Source: Basidiobolus meristosporus CBS 931.73 (Eukaryota > Fungi > Basidiobolomycota). Taken from it: a DNA stretch of 64,000 nt. Positions 39,087-50,707 of this stretch are shown here, in pieces. Where the stretch lies: contig MCFE01000068.1 in NCBI GenBank assembly GCA_002104905.1, positions 62,001-126,000 of the forward strand. The letters are read 5' to 3'. Numbering within the stretch: the first letter of the stretch is position 1; each line of letters starts with the position of its first letter. Position numbers and translations under genes: made by a program. The notes below the pieces were generated by a model that was not told the DNA's origin, did not search any database, and worked only from the letters and a program-made list of their open reading frames with translations.

Positions 39087-40839
39087 CTTTAGAATAGATT
39101 AAGGCAATCAGGGCTCATTACCTGTTGCAATTTAAGAAGTGATTTTGATATACGGAACTTATCAAGAAATAGTGATAATAGTTGAACTGTTGTTTATTCA
39201 TAAAGAAGCTCAGTATTTATACCTTTGTAGAAGTAATACAGCTGAACACTAAGTAGGGAGGGTTTCTCAATATTCAGGAGCATTCTGTAACAGTTTCAGG
39301 GTTAGTACATAATGTTTGGTAATAGTGCTAATTTGATCCTGACTATAGGGGAATAATCATAAGATCATATATCTGGAGAAAGTGGCAAAGTTAAGGCAGT
39401 AAATGAGTCCTACAGTGACTAAGACTAGTCTAGAATTGTTAAGTTAATTTTTAGCTGCTGAATGATACCAAATAGTCGAATATTTCAACAGGATCACCAA
39501 TGCCAACTTGACACATCTGCAGCTGTTGTGCAAGGAGTTTGTGATGGGATTTGAGCAGTTATACTAAAAACATAAATCTGAATATGTAGATCTCTGTTGC
39601 TACTGTATCTATTCTCTGCCCATCTTGCATGGTGTGTGGGGAATATTGGCCTTGCTTTGCCTTTTGGTGGTTTCCTATGGAGCAGATATGTGGGGAGATA
39701 GGAAGACAAGTCAACTTGCAGATACAGCTATATCCCAATTTCATCGGGAATATTAACTTCAAGTCTGCAATGGATGTGATGAATTGGCACATGGAGGATA
39801 GCCAGGAAGAGTTGGAAAGTATTGAGGACAAACATGCACATGGAGACACCTATGCCTTTGGCATTAAGAAGCTAAGCAGACCCAATGCATGGGTAATCTG
39901 TTAAGTAATGCAAAGTTGCATTGGGTGCAGCAAGCAGCTAATTTTTATTAGGAAAGCTCCACCAAGGTATGCTGGATTTCTCTTGGTCTCAGGCCAACTT
40001 CTACACCATTCACTATGGAGTTCACACAAACAAGAGCCAGAGCACACCTAAAAGGGGGACTAGGATCCAGCAGGGAGAAGGAATATATTGACTGAATACC
40101 AAGAAGTTCTTTGCAGCTATTTACGAAGTATTCATGGCAAAGGTGGCAACAACCAAGCATATGTTTGCAAGTTGCATATGTTACCTGCAGTACAGTGTAT
40201 ATGGCAACTTTGCAAGTATTATACTAAAAAGGTGCAAGGTTGAGGTAATAGAGGTATGTCAATTGCAGCAGGTGTGTGCATTTACTGAGGTTAGTAAGCA
40301 AGAGGCCACAGTTTTTTTGATTCAAACTATATGTGGAATACCTATGGCAGTAGTGGGTAAGCAAATAAAGAGGGGTGATTCTACAGTGGAAATATGAATT
40401 GCACATGGGGAGGTAGAAAAAGAAAATATCATTTTGCAAATTGGTATAGTGGCATTATACAAAACCAGCTGTAGGCTGTCATACTGTCAATATAATGCAA
40501 TCAAAGTCTTGCTGTGAGGCTATCAAAATATCATCAAGCTTCTTGCCATATAAGGCAATTGGATTTCCTTGCCAGTTGGATGCACTTAAAATAGTTGTAG
40601 AGCGCTAAAGACCACAACAGTACCATGTAATTATTGTCAAAGCACCAAGTAAATCTTGTCAAGTTATATCCCTTTATTTGGTTGTAAAATTAGCTAAACA
40701 TTATTGTAATCCCATTATAGGATCATTACAAGAGCCACTAACTCCAAGCTGCTGGTATTAAGATGGTTTCTAAACAGGATCAAGATAGCTGATTTGGATA
40801 GGATCCACCTGCAGGTCCAATTTACTTTTCATAAGGTTG

Positions 40840-42359
40840 TGAGTTCAACTGTTCTGTTGTTGGTACATATTCTTGGCTATGATTGGATTCCCTATGTTCC
40901 AGGCTTATGGCATCAATTGGCAAGAAGTGTAGCTTTTTCCTCATGCTTCCTTGTCTCTGGCTTAGTTAGACACTTTCCCCTTTTCCTTTTCCTTTATCAC
41001 CGCCAGATATTTCACAGCTACTTTGTTTGAGTGCTTCTTGTAATAAACTAAATTTTCTCCTTGATAAGTTCTGCTCAGATGCATCTGTTTTGGCCTTCTT
41101 GTCCCTAGCTGTCACTCTTCTGGCAACCTGTTGCTTCTTTTCTGCTTGTTTTGAGCTCTCAGCTGCAGTTATTATGGGCTCCTGAGAAAGCTACCGGTTT
41201 TATCACTGCCAAGTCCTTCACTGCTACTCTGAAATAGTACTTCTTGAGTGGTACCATGCTGTTTGCTTGATAAGTGTTGTGCTGATGCATTGGTGTCTGC
41301 CTCTTTGTCTCTTTTTGGAACTCATTCAGCTACCTGACATATCTTTGATGCTTGTTTGAGACTTTTGGCCCTGCTTGTAACAGGCTCTTGAGGGAGCCGC
41401 TGGTTCTTAGCCATGGTGCCCTTGTTCTTCTGCCTTTCATAGTTTCTGCTACTCTGAAGATACTTTCTTAGCATACCAATGCTGATCCAAAATCTGTTTG
41501 CCTCAATGAAACCAGGATAAAACTCATGCAACAAGTCAAGCGCATTCTGCTTGGCCTTGAGTTCCTGATGGTCCCATAGTATGCCAGCCTTAAAGTATTG
41601 GCATACCACACTTCTAACAGCTGCTTGAATATTAGCCCACTCTTGATTATTGCACTCAATGGCTTCACAGATCTTTAATGTCTTTTAACTTTTAGTCTTT
41701 GGTATAAACACCACATTGTATCCCTCCACATGCTGTAATAGAATTTTCTGTGGGCTTTATCTTTAGATACTGTTTTTGTGCTTCAAAGACTGTGTAGTTT
41801 TCCTCTGCTGTTACATTGGGAAATGGCTCCATTCTTGGCTGGGACCTTGAGCTACTTGAGTGCCTTCTTTATGTCAGACTGCTTTTTCTACCTGGGATTT
41901 TGATTGCTCTACACATATTATCTGCTCATCCTGTTTCGGGACTATTTCCTGATTTCACTAGGCCATTGCATCTATCCCATCAACTGCTGCACCTAATTGC
42001 CTCTTTAATCCTTTGGTATGAGCTGCCAACATACTTACAAATATAGGTGGTGGTCTTGTTATGACCGCCACTTGCCAGTCTTCAACTGAGGGTACTGAGC
42101 TTGCCGCATTCTCATCTGCCTGAGCATAATAGTCAGCTTGCAACTCTGCAGAGGTTCTCAATTGCCTACTTGACTGAGAGCCTAAGGAGGCCGCATTATT
42201 ACCTTCAGTGGGCATACTGTCAACATTGCCTTTGTTGAATGTAGCCCTATTTGTTGCACTGAATGTGAAAGCAAGCTGTTGTCCAACCATTCTTCTACTG
42301 CTATCAGCAGTGGGGTTTGGCTGGGAACCAGACAACTTTGCTTTATTATTTGGTGGCAT
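40840..42359 (-). pseudogene. CMC ORF2 (outer copy), 5' two thirds
   Basis: 41958-42359 MPPNNKAKLSGSQPNP.. and 41322-41609 WDHQELKAKQNALDLLHEFYPGF..LRKYLQSSRNY. Confidence 0.8.
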
Positions 42360-44983
42360 ATATGTGGAGGTGAGTCATACCAAAGGGGAAAAAGTATTAC
42401 ATATTTGTGTGTATGTGGTGCCACAACTTTATTAATAATGCTTACTATGGTGGGTCATCATTGAATCTCACATTCATGTAGGTGCAATGTCTCAAGTACA
42501 AGAATGTCTTAGGTTCACATGCATATTGAACAAAAGTGATATAATAGCATTACATTGCTGAAGGTTGAACTGTTTGCCCTATGGACAAGACTACCTTGAC
42601 TCAACACCATAAGAGAAGATAAAAGACCATGTGGCTATTGTAGTAAGCCTCTCAGCCATAAAGCATACAGACACCATAGGAAGTATTAAAAGGATTGCAG
42701 CCACTCTGGCAGGTCATCATTGAGTTTTACATTTGTGTAGGTGGAATGTCTTAAATACAAGACTTTCTTAAGCTCACATGAGTATTGACTAAAAAGTGAT
42801 AAAATAGCATTATATTGTTGAAGGTCAAACTGTTTGCCCCTTGGACAAGACTACTCAGATTTAATGCCATCAGAGAAGAGAAAAAGACCATGTGACTATT
42901 GTAGAAAGCCTCCCAGCCATGAAGCATGCAGACAGCATAGGAAGTACTAAAAGGATCACAGCCAGTGATTTGCCACAAAAGTCTTATTTGATCATTCATC
43001 AGTTATTACTGTAACAATATTATCTTTCCAGCCAGTTGATACTTCTATATTAGCCCTGGCTGTCTTTATCACCTTGCACAAACTGAGTCAGTTGAGTTTT
43101 TGACACCTTTAGGCTCACCTGAGCCTTCTGAATATGGCATGCAGAGTGATATCTCTGACAAAGAAGGCTCACTGCTGGATTGTGAACCTATCTCCCCTAA
43201 CAACAGTTTCATGCATGAGCCCAGTCAAATCACAACATGCAATGTCACAACACCCATTGAAGCAAATGCCAAGGACACTTTATAGAGCCAAGTGAGCCCA
43301 GTAATCCATCTACTGATGAGTGGTGTAATGTTGGGGTTAGAGAAGTGGCATGCTTCCACTAATATTAGTAATGAGGACTTTGAGGATTATTCCTACTTCT
43401 TGCCAGAATCATACCAGGATGCAACTCACCATGTACATGGTACAACTTGGCAAATGTCATGCAGCTGGCATCATGTGACCCAGAGACTGTCCTGATTCCA
43501 GCATGTGTTAACAGTTGCATGGCATTCTTATCCAAATATGTCACCATTGCAACATATCCAAATTGTCAGGAATCCACCACCATTGAGGGAAAACATTGTT
43601 CAGACTCCACATACATTCCAGTAGTGCTACATCTAAAGAAGCTTGTTCAGTCCAACAAATATTGAGAGGCAATAAAGTTCTCCATTCAGTATCAATTAAG
43701 GCAAACATATCCAACACAGTGCATGCCAAACACTGCAAACAGCTAAAGAGCAAGGACTACCTTGAAGGTATGTATGGCCATGCTTTTGCTGCAGCACTTG
43801 AGGGATTTGCATTACACAAGTACTCTACTGGCAAATCCTGCTAGCCACTGAATCTCATCAACCTGAATCTGCTGCCTGTCTTATGGTATCAGAGCAAAAA
43901 TCCAATGGTAGTCTCACTGGTATTTTGGCCTATTTCACTATCTAACCTGGATAGCTACTTGTATACATTGCTGGATGAATTTTGTATGCTTTCTATTGGG
44001 ATAACAGTTAGTGACTGTCATGTAAAAGCTTATATTATTATCTGCACAGGAGATACCCCAGCCCATCAGCAAGATAGCCAGCTGTTCTGGGCACAATGTA
44101 CTATATTGCCATCAAATGTGTGATATCCAGGAGATTTACTCCATAACTTACACATTTTATTATTGCCCAAACACCATCACTAAGAGCAGCATCTTCCCAT
44201 GGAGAAAACGTACAGAAGTCAGCATGCAATTGCAGCACAGTTGACAAGCTAAAAGCCATTGGCCAGAATATGGAATTAATTGGAAACCAGAGACACTTAA
44301 GATCAAAGGTATCTGTTGGAGCAAAAGCTTTCTGCTGGGAGCAATACACTTACTTTTCAACAATATCCTTATACTGATGACCAAGTTGTATGTGGGGCAT
44401 TTTAAGCTCAATGAGCCCTTCAAGATACCAGAAAAATATGAATGAATTGGCAAGATATTAGAGCATCTGCTACCCTAAGTACTTCTCACATGTTCCACTC
44501 AATATTCATACGCATATGCAGCAATACAAATGCAAAGACTGGATAAGCTATATATGTATTGATTCAAGTGTCCTTCTGCAGCCATTCCTACAAAGAATAC
44601 ATTGGAAGTATTGGGTGTCATATGTGGACATTGTAGGAATATCAATACAGAAGCAGATCTCCAATGCTCACTTGATACATCTACAGTTGTTGTGTGAGGA
44701 GTTTGTTGTGGGATTTAAGCAGCTTTACCACAAACATAAAGCTTCTTGTGTAGATCTCTACTACTACTGTATCTATTCTCTACTCCATCTTGCTTAGTGA
44801 ATGGAAATATTGGGCCTTGCCTTACCTTTTGGGAGTTTCCTATGGAGCAGATGTGTGGGGAGATAGGAAGATAAGTGACGTTGTAGGTGATACCATATCC
44901 TAGTCTCATTAATAATATTGCCTTCAAGTCTGTCACAGATGTGATGAGTTGGCGTATGGAGCACAGCCAGGAAGAGTTGGAAA

Positions 44984-45332
44984 TGTTGTAAGAGTCTTGG
45001 AGATATTGGAAGTGATTGGGAGAACAAGTAGATTATGTGGTTTTCACTTAATGATTTATTGAATGTAAAAGTAGTGTTTATACTTTTACCTGGTCTTGGC
45101 ATTACAAACACATAGAATAGGTTAAGGAAGGTCCCAAGTACATGTGTGCATAGTTTGGGGCTGTTTGGACAACTTTGAGAATTTTCATGTTCTGGGTACC
45201 TGGTATTTTGGTGAAAATATTCCAAGTAAATCCCAACAAGGAATTTGATCAGTATTCTCTAGGATTTGAGGGTAAGGATCTAAGTGACTAAGCTAGGTGA
45301 GTATTTAGGTGGAAATACGAATTTTTACAACA
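44984..45332 (-). repeat. copia-B solo LTR, TSD GGAAA
   Basis: Reverse complement of 58145-58493; GGAAA at 44979-44983 and 45333-45337. Confidence 0.92.
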
Positions 45333-45478
45333 GGAAAATACTGAGGACATATGTGTAGATTGAGACATCTATGCCTATGGCATTAGGAAGCTAAGCAGCC
45401 CCAATGTGTGGGTAATCAGTTAAGTAAATCAAAGTTGGGTTGGGTGCAACAAGCAAATAATTTTCATTAGGAAAACTC

Positions 45479-46589
45479 TGTGAGTACTAAATAGACTTGT
45501 TCCGTTGGATAGTGCCGCATTGAGCCATGAGTGCCAAATAGTGCCATAGTGTGCCTGAGAGTCATAGCAGACCTAAACTTGGCCACAGAGTGTGACATAT
45601 AGTTCTGCATATTCATGCAAAGCAGCCCTTGTGTTTCACCTACTGTGCAGGAGAAAATCAATTTTTTAACCTTTTTTTTGGGATCAAAATTGTGCATGAT
45701 GTAAAAGAGCACAGACAGACTGAAGATATGCATCTGGTACACAATACCCATGGCACTCTAAATCTAGCCCCACAGGCTTGTAGCATGTCACAAAAATGCA
45801 TGGCACTATCTTGGTCCACTGGTACTATCTGGCACTATACGTGCTTTGTATAGGTTCTACTTTAGGGCTAATATTTAAGTATAGTGCCAGATAGTACCAG
45901 TGGACCAAGATAGTGCCATGCATTTTTGTGACATGCTACAAGCCTGTGGGGCTAGATTTAGAGTGCCATGGGTATTGTGTACCAGATGCATATCTTCAGT
46001 CTGTCTGTGCTCTTTTACATCATGCACAATTTTGGTCCCAAAAAAAAGGTTAAAAAATTGATTTTCTCCTGCACAATAGGTGAAACACAGGGGCTGCTTT
46101 GCGTGAATATGAGGAACTATATGCCACACTCTGTGGCCAAGTTTAGGTCTGCTATGACTCTCAGGCACACTATGGCACTATTTGGCACTCATGGCTCAAT
46201 GTGGCACTATCCACCGGAACAAGTCTAATGTAGTACCCACTCTTTGCCTAAGAATTCACCCTGGAGTCCTACACAAAGTCCCCCAGTATCCTCTAAATGA
46301 TTCCCCCACATGTCCTCCCTCCTATTCCTGCCATTATCTGGTTGGAACAGTTACCATAAGCGGAAGGTGTTCACACCCCTATTTTATAAGACATTGTCTA
46401 TTATCTAAGCCCTACCAAGCAATACATATATATCCAGTTAAACCAAGTAAGAGAACAACAAGATTTAGATATAATAAACACAAGTCTTTATTACCTTGCT
46501 ACCTTTTATTGAAGCTATTCTGAACCAGGTTGTACTGACTTGACCCACAAGCTCTCCTATTCACCATGTACAGTCAGTAATAACCCACA
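45479..46589. repeat. Solo LTR of an unplaced family (about 374 bp without the foldback), TSD AACTC
   Basis: TGTGAG...CCCACA termini; AACTC at 45474-45478 and 46590-46594; the host transposase rejoins as GGAAAACTCTACCAAGG. Confidence 0.8.
45493..46226. mobile_element. 734-bp foldback/MITE: 348-bp inverted arms, 38-bp spacer, TSD AAT
   Basis: Arms 45493-45840 and 45879-46226; AAT at 45490-45492 and 46227-46229; termini AGACTTGTTCC...GGAACAAGTCT. Confidence 0.95.
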
Positions 46590-48521
46590 AACTCTACCAA
46601 GGTATGCCAGATTTCTCATGGTCACAAGCCAACTTCTACACCATTCAATATGAGGCTCACACAAACAAGTGCCAGAGCACATCTACAAGGGGGACTAGAA
46701 TCCAGCAGGGAGAAGGAATATATTGGCTAAATACCATGAAGTTCTTTGCAGATATTCAGGAGGTATTCATGGCAGAAGTGGCAACCACCAAGTATATGTT
46801 TGCAAGATGTATATGTTACCAGCAGTACAAGGTATATGGCAGCTTTGCAAGTATCACAATAAAAAAGTGTAAAGTTGAGGTGATAGAAGTATGTCAATTG
46901 CAGCAGGTGTGCACAGTTGTAGAGGTTAGTAAGCAACAGGCCATAGTTTGTTTTGATTCAAACTATATATGGAACACCCAAGGTAGTAGTGGGTAAGCAA
47001 ATGAAGAGGAGTGATTCTACAGTGAAATATATAAATTGTACAAGGGGAGGTAGAAAAAGGAAATACTACTTGATAAATTGGTACACTAGCATTATTCAAA
47101 GCAAGCTGTAGGCCACCATACTGCCAATGTAATGCCATCAGAGACTTGAACTGAGGCCATGAAAATACTGTTCAGCTTCTTGCCATATAAGGTAATGGAT
47201 GTACTGGCTGGTTAGATCCATTTAAAATAGCTGTGGATTGCATTAAGAACGCAACAATGCCATGCAATTTTTGTCACAGCAATAATCAAACACAGTCAAG
47301 TTTTATTACTTTATTTAGCAGTAAAACTAGCAAATCTCTGCTGTCATCCTGTTGTGGTGGTTTATAGGTCCAAGGGAGAGATGCATCCAACAGTTTTCAA
47401 GTTTTATGTGTGCTTGGTGTTCACTGGGTGCAATAACCTCTGGCAAAAGCTTGCTAGGAATACTTGGGTTTGGTCTCTAATCTAATGTGATGGGGAATAA
47501 AGCCACAAGCTTGTCAAGGGAAAACTATTGAGCTACAATCCCACACTTAGCTGGCATGTTAACAAAAGTATGTGCAGGATTCAGTGTCCTTTAAGATGAC
47601 AATGTACTAAAGCTTCTAAAGTCAAAACAACTGTAAACTCCACAAGCAGGGACTTGATAAGAATGCAGCTGTGGTCAATAGACGTGTTTCATTGTACCAT
47701 GCCAGGGCATGTGGCGCAATCTGTGGTTGCTAAGAACAATCAGGTGCAATATTGTATCTACCAGTAGGCAGAATTGCTCTTGAACAATTTTGCACCATGT
47801 GGGACAATCTTGCACACTATGACACAATCTGACACAATGAGGTTGCCACAAATGATCATGCCAACTTGTAATATTTGGATCACGTGTGCAATTGGATACC
47901 GCTATTATGGTTGGTCAAATCCGGTATTTGGATATGTTTCTTCAATGTAAATGGAAATAAATGCATATCACACTATAAACTATACTGATACTTACCATTT
48001 TGTCTACCATCACTCCAATTGGATGGTATCTTGGTGGTTAATTGGTCCAAAAGTATCCTGAAGCTGTCAGCCTCCAATTGGCTCTTTGACAAATTCACAA
48101 GCTACCTTATTCATTATCAAATATCCCATTTTGCCCATTAAGCAAGTGAATCCCTGATCCTAGTGATTGGACAAGGTGTCATAGCTAGCACACAACTGAT
48201 TGTATAAGTGCAAATTAGATCAAATAGCTGCACTGGTGCCACAGATGGTGTATACATATGCAGGGTGTTTATTTATAGGGGTCCTGTCTCAATCATGAGA
48301 TAACCTTGATATTGCTTATATCAAAAATTTAGTGATCACTGATTTGCAACGGCTTGGTGTCAATTGCAAAAAAAATGTGTTGTTTAGATCAAGACAAATA
48401 ATTGCAATTTGATGCAACTGTAGCATCTTCTCCTAGGTTTTTTTCTCACAGGGATTACTACTGAAGCATTTGGTAGTGATTTACTTTGCACACCTAAACT
48501 GCTTTTTTGTTGACCATCCTT

Positions 48522-49429
48522 TTAGCTACTTATGTATTCATAGTCAGTATTTTGCCTCCTAGTTGATGAGTGCAATGCTGCAGCTTGGCCATGCTGAATT
48601 GCTCTGGATGATACAACTGAGCTGGCCCGCAATGCTACATGGTGACATGTTCTTTTACTTGCCAAAGGCTCTGGTGGTGGAGGCACTTCATGTGGGTCAT
48701 CATCAGTCAGTTCACCAGAAGAAACTTGCTGATGGTCAGGTGTAATGGCATGCGCAGATGCAACTTGATGTGCTGGCATGGCCCTTGGCTGAGTTTGATG
48801 TGATGCTGCTTGTTGACACAACTTGGCCTGCTCCAATTGACTTGTGTCTTTTTGAGCAGTTTGGCAAGTTCTGGTGGTTTTGCTCTGAAGTGCATGTATT
48901 GACCCAACATGTGTTGACTTGATACAGGGTACTCACTTACCCTGTGTCTGATACTTTGGAACTGTTGCCTGGATGAGTCCTGTGTATATTGCTCTTGGAA
49001 GCCACTTAGCTCTACTAAAATATCATGTAATACATTAGTCATTTGAGGCAAAAACTCATTCAAGATCTCTTTGGTTCCCAAATTCAAGGCACAAATAGAT
49101 GCATCCAGCCTGTACTGAGCAAACTACACGCAAAATTGAACCTGTGCAGCTTCCTCATCAAATCCCCTCACTCTCAGCTCATTCTTAATTTCAATACCTG
49201 TCTTGTTATGTATCTTCTTACATATGTCTGCTTGCATTTTGATGTAGAACTCATGCAATAGCTTTCTACTCAGGTTCTTCCATCTCTGTTGACTCTCCAA
49301 GGTATCTAGTTCTGCTAGATTAATGAGTAGTGCCCAAATATCTGTCATCATAGACACTTGGGCCATACTGAAACCATTTGCCAAAAACTCAAATGGATCC
49401 AATATTGTTTTTCCCAGTCTGTACTGCAC
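48522..49429 (-). pseudogene. Second, divergent ORF of the Pangu-like element (about 300 codons), unknown
   Basis: 49124-49429 and 48707-49087 share a frame with one stop between them, then frameshift into 48522-48836; the 3' part is conserved in the 3068-3848 fragment. Confidence 0.55.
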
Positions 49430-49813
49430 TTGTGAGCTAGGGGATGGGTTTTGTCTGGATTGTACTAAAGATGAGTTGAGACTTGGTATGAGACCATAGT
49501 GACAGATTTAGATACTTATACAGTAGTGTATTGGCATCAACTTGGTCTTATAAGAAATATATATGAAAACTAATGTGATTGTTCAATTTTCCATATATTA
49601 TGCATGATGCATCTTGGATTGCATTGACATGGATCAGAATACATCAATCCCAGATTTCCTGTTTGACTATGGACTTGTGAGTAGAACATCAATAAAAATA
49701 CCAGGTCATTATTTTAGGATGATTTTTGCAACATAATGATGGGATGCATGGCATTGATGGAGATTTAATCATAATGCCTGGAAAATCAGATAAATAAAGC
49801 AGATTGCGCCTAA

Positions 49814-50707
49814 TTGATTCAAGTTGCCTCAGCCCAATCATCTACCAATCCTCATATGACTTACTCCTCTGAATGGTCTTTTCTCATCAATCCCATCACT
49901 ACCACTGGATTTCCTTTTGCCACACTAGAGGAGATCTGTACCAAGTACTGTGGACCATCTACCCCAATCTACTCAAGGAGATCTCTTGTTAAGCTTCTCT
50001 GCTATTACAAGAACTGTTGCCCTACAAGGTTTCATCCCACCATGTATGGCAACAAAAGTCCTGGAAGCTTCCATTCTCAACTGACTGCAATGAAGAACCA
50101 CCTTGCAGAGGGTATGAATGGCTTTGAGCAAGCTTAGAGTACTAGGTTCAGAAGCTCCAATAGACTTCCATATCCCAAAGTGTTCAGCAACTGGTTCCAT
50201 ATAAGTAGTATTTTGGATACCTTCCCAGTCAGGATTAACAGACCTTCTAGAGGGCAGAGGCACTTTTATTCTGGCAAGTATACAGCACACTGTGTCAAGT
50301 TTCAAGCAATATCTTACACTAAGGGTAACATCATCTGGTTTAGTAGGCCATTTGCTGGAAGTAGGCATGACAAAGCACTCTGGGTAGAGAATCATCCAGA
50401 ATTTAGTATAGGGGAGAAATGTATGGAAGACTTAGCTTATATAGGAGAGGGTTGTCAGAGATTAGGATATATTACAGCTTATAGGAAGCCAAGGAATGGT
50501 GTGCGTAGCAGGAAGCAGAAGCTCTACAATGAGATATTTAATCATTTCAGAGTGAGGGTAGAGCATACATTTGGATATCTGAAGAGATTCAGCATATTGG
50601 CAGGTATATACAGAGGAAAGTCATATATAGGAGAAAACAGTAGAATAGGTAAAATAGTAAGATACTTATCAATGCACAGTATATTCATACAAGAAGACAT
50701 CCACTGA
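49814..50707 (+). pseudogene. DDE_Tnp_4-like (IS5/ISL2EU/Harbinger group) transposase, one premature stop at 50135-50137
   Basis: ORFs 49814-50137 and 50180-50707 share a frame; motifs ILDTFPVRINRP, FYSGKY..HCVKFQ, GSRHD, EDLAYIG, RVRVEHTFGYLKRFSIL. Confidence 0.88.

Larger units (their letters stand above)
31880..39490 (-). mobile_element. copia-A three-LTR array bounded by a single TSD GGATC
   Basis: LTRs 31880-32248, 35192-35560 and 39123-39490; GGATC at 31875-31879 and 39491-39495; PPTs next to 32248 and 35560; PBS GGTAATGAGCCC only beside the 39123 LTR. Confidence 0.95.
30391..40560 (+). pseudogene. CACTA-type transposase split by the copia array (30391-31879 and 39491-40560)
   Basis: One frame with stops from 30391 reads ..PAFVNSCMAF..C..DGYSLNKY..WPLILIILNLAP..NNLMVVSLVSSPKSLSNLDSYLYPLLDK..; later PMEQICGEIGR. 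Confidence 0.85.
28426..40836 (+). mobile_element. Inner CMC copy, both termini, 3-bp TSD TTG (about 4.8 kb without the copia array)
   Basis: CCCTATGAAAAATTA at 28426 and TTTACTTTTCATAAGG at 40836; TTG at 28423-28425 and 40837-40839; the flanks rejoin as ORF2 (compare 11110-11130). Confidence 0.88.
42450..47340 (+). pseudogene. CACTA-type transposase (outer copy) interrupted by two solo LTRs
   Basis: PACVNSCMAF (43447 ORF), NLDSYLYTLLDEF (43905 ORF), YKCKDW (44516 ORF), C-terminal region 46590-47340. Confidence 0.82.

Noticed and set aside
45467-46228. Mirror-image ORFs of 74-97 aa in the foldback
   Set aside because: They are by-products of the palindrome with no recognisable motif.
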